Below, in pieces: positions 35,074-35,635 of a stretch of 35,635 bases of DNA. A model generated the notes under the pieces. The model made no database searches. It was not told where the DNA came from and saw only the letters and a program-made list of their open reading frames with translations. Both the position numbers and the translations under genes were made by a program. Source of the DNA: Clostridia bacterium (GTDB lineage: Bacteria; Bacillota; Sulfobacillia; SLMV01). Within the stretch, counting starts at the first letter, position 1. Each line of letters begins with the position of its first letter. The stretch spans positions 1-35,635 of the forward strand of contig SLGS01000038.1 of NCBI GenBank assembly GCA_007136565.1. Reading direction: 5' to 3'.

Positions 35074-35102
35074 ATGGTATCTAGAACAAGTGTTCGAGTC
35101 AA
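35074..35102 (-). promoter_or_regulatory. Candidate promoter of the LysM gene (and possibly lexA) with an SOS box in the spacer
   Basis: The minus strand reads TTGACT (35102-35097), a 17-nt spacer and TACCAT (35079-35074). SOS box B fills the spacer. Confidence 0.5.
35083..35096. promoter_or_regulatory. LexA operator (SOS box B)
   Basis: AGAACAAGTGTTCG has a perfect GAAC-N4-GTTC core and lies between the candidate -35 and -10 hexamers. Confidence 0.7.
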
Positions 35103-35205
35103 TGCCCGCTCCGCTCGAATTTTTTGGGAGGAGTACTGGGTCTTTGGGAGAAATCTAACCTGCTGGTGCGAAGTCTGGTGAAGAATAAGGGGAGCGGTGC
35201 TAACT

Positions 35206-35635
35206 TGAACGACCACGTCGTGCCCTCTAGAACCCAACGTCACAATCGGAGGAAGTTACATCCTTTGGTGTTGTTATTGTTGGGTTCCGGTTGGTTGTTA
35301 ATCCTGGCCATATCGCTATATCTGGCGTCCGTCTGGATGGCGGTGGCTCCCGGAGAAGATATCGTGACTCCCGAGGAAGCACTCTTCGTCTTGAATAATG
35401 AGCCGGTGGAATCCCTTCGTCCCCATTGGGACGAAGTAGGAGACCTATTTCTTCCCGTGGAGTTATTGTCGGAGCACCTAGATCTTGAACTTCACTGGGA
35501 GGGTGACGGTGACCAAACTCCGTCGAAGCTGATATGGACCGCTCGCGAGCATCTACTGGAGATGCGCCCCGGTGATAGGGTGGCTCTGCTAGATGGCGAG
35601 CCCATCGATCTGATTATCCCGGCCAAGCAGGTGGA
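35206..35635 (+). CDS. Partial CDS: membrane-anchored protein with a copper-amine-oxidase-N-terminal-like (stalk) domain; 3' end lies outside the window
   Basis: The frame is open from 35062 to the window end and is absent from the ORF track because no stop is reached. The TTG at 35206 has AAGGGGAG about 10 nt upstream. The translation ...RRKLHPLVLLLLGSGWLLILAISLYLASVW (signal anchor) is followed by LFLPVELLSEHLDLELHWEG...LIWTAREHLLEMRPGDRVALLDGEPIDLIIPAKQV, a stalk-domain-like pattern. Alternative starts are GTG 35179 and GTG 35167. Confidence 0.5.

Noticed and set aside
1-35635. I scanned the whole window for CRISPR arrays, tandem or interspersed long repeats, transposases, integrases, phage genes, toxin-antitoxin pairs and reverse transcriptases.
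   Set aside because: None was recognised. The only recurring elements are short GC palindromes and the CCGGGGAG octamer in the 8.8-9.0 kb intergenic region. The gene content looks like core chromosome, not an accessory island.

Overview
Visibly GC-rich, densely coding chromosomal segment (GC not computed). I found no rRNA, tRNA, CRISPR array, transposase, integrase or other mobile-element signature. Content from left to right: (1) The 3' part of a four-subunit NAD(P)-linked group-3b-type [NiFe]-hydrogenase operon (beta fragment, gamma, delta, alpha), followed by an orphan 160-aa ORF and a stand-alone carbamate kinase. (2) A minus-strand family-5 (peptide/nickel) ABC importer with a lipoprotein SBP and two permeases but no ATPase genes, preceded by about 0.5 kb of AT-richer, palindrome-rich non-coding DNA. 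(3) A methionine-gamma-lyase-like PLP enzyme, a DppA (M55) aminopeptidase, a pyruvate kinase with a C-terminal PEP-utilizer domain, ArgR, a Gx-type membrane protein, a CapA-family protein and a 3-methyladenine glycosylase. (4) A roughly 10 kb co-directional cluster: split methylmalonyl-CoA mutase, MeaB, epimerase, an exported 5'-nucleotidase, an MlrC/M81 peptidase, a threonine-dehydratase-like enzyme, a LarA nickel-pincer racemase homolog and a CobO adenosyltransferase. The last three are joined by ATGA overlaps. (5) A minus-strand SbcD/Mre11-like nuclease plus a 1030-aa Rad50/SbcC-like ATPase whose coiled-coil apex carries a membrane hairpin instead of a zinc hook (YhaO/YhaN type), coupled to a cyclase/KynB-family hydrolase. 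(6) hflX, glnA, lexA, a YneA-like LysM membrane protein with three Cheo-type SOS boxes, and a partial stalk-domain membrane protein. The best candidates for new biology are the dehydratase-LarA-CobO operon, the membrane-tethered YhaO/YhaN-like module with a swapped third gene, the hydrogenase/orphan-ORF/carbamate-kinase junction, and the structured 0.5 kb leader. All calls rest on motif recognition by eye and recalled family knowledge. No searches were run.
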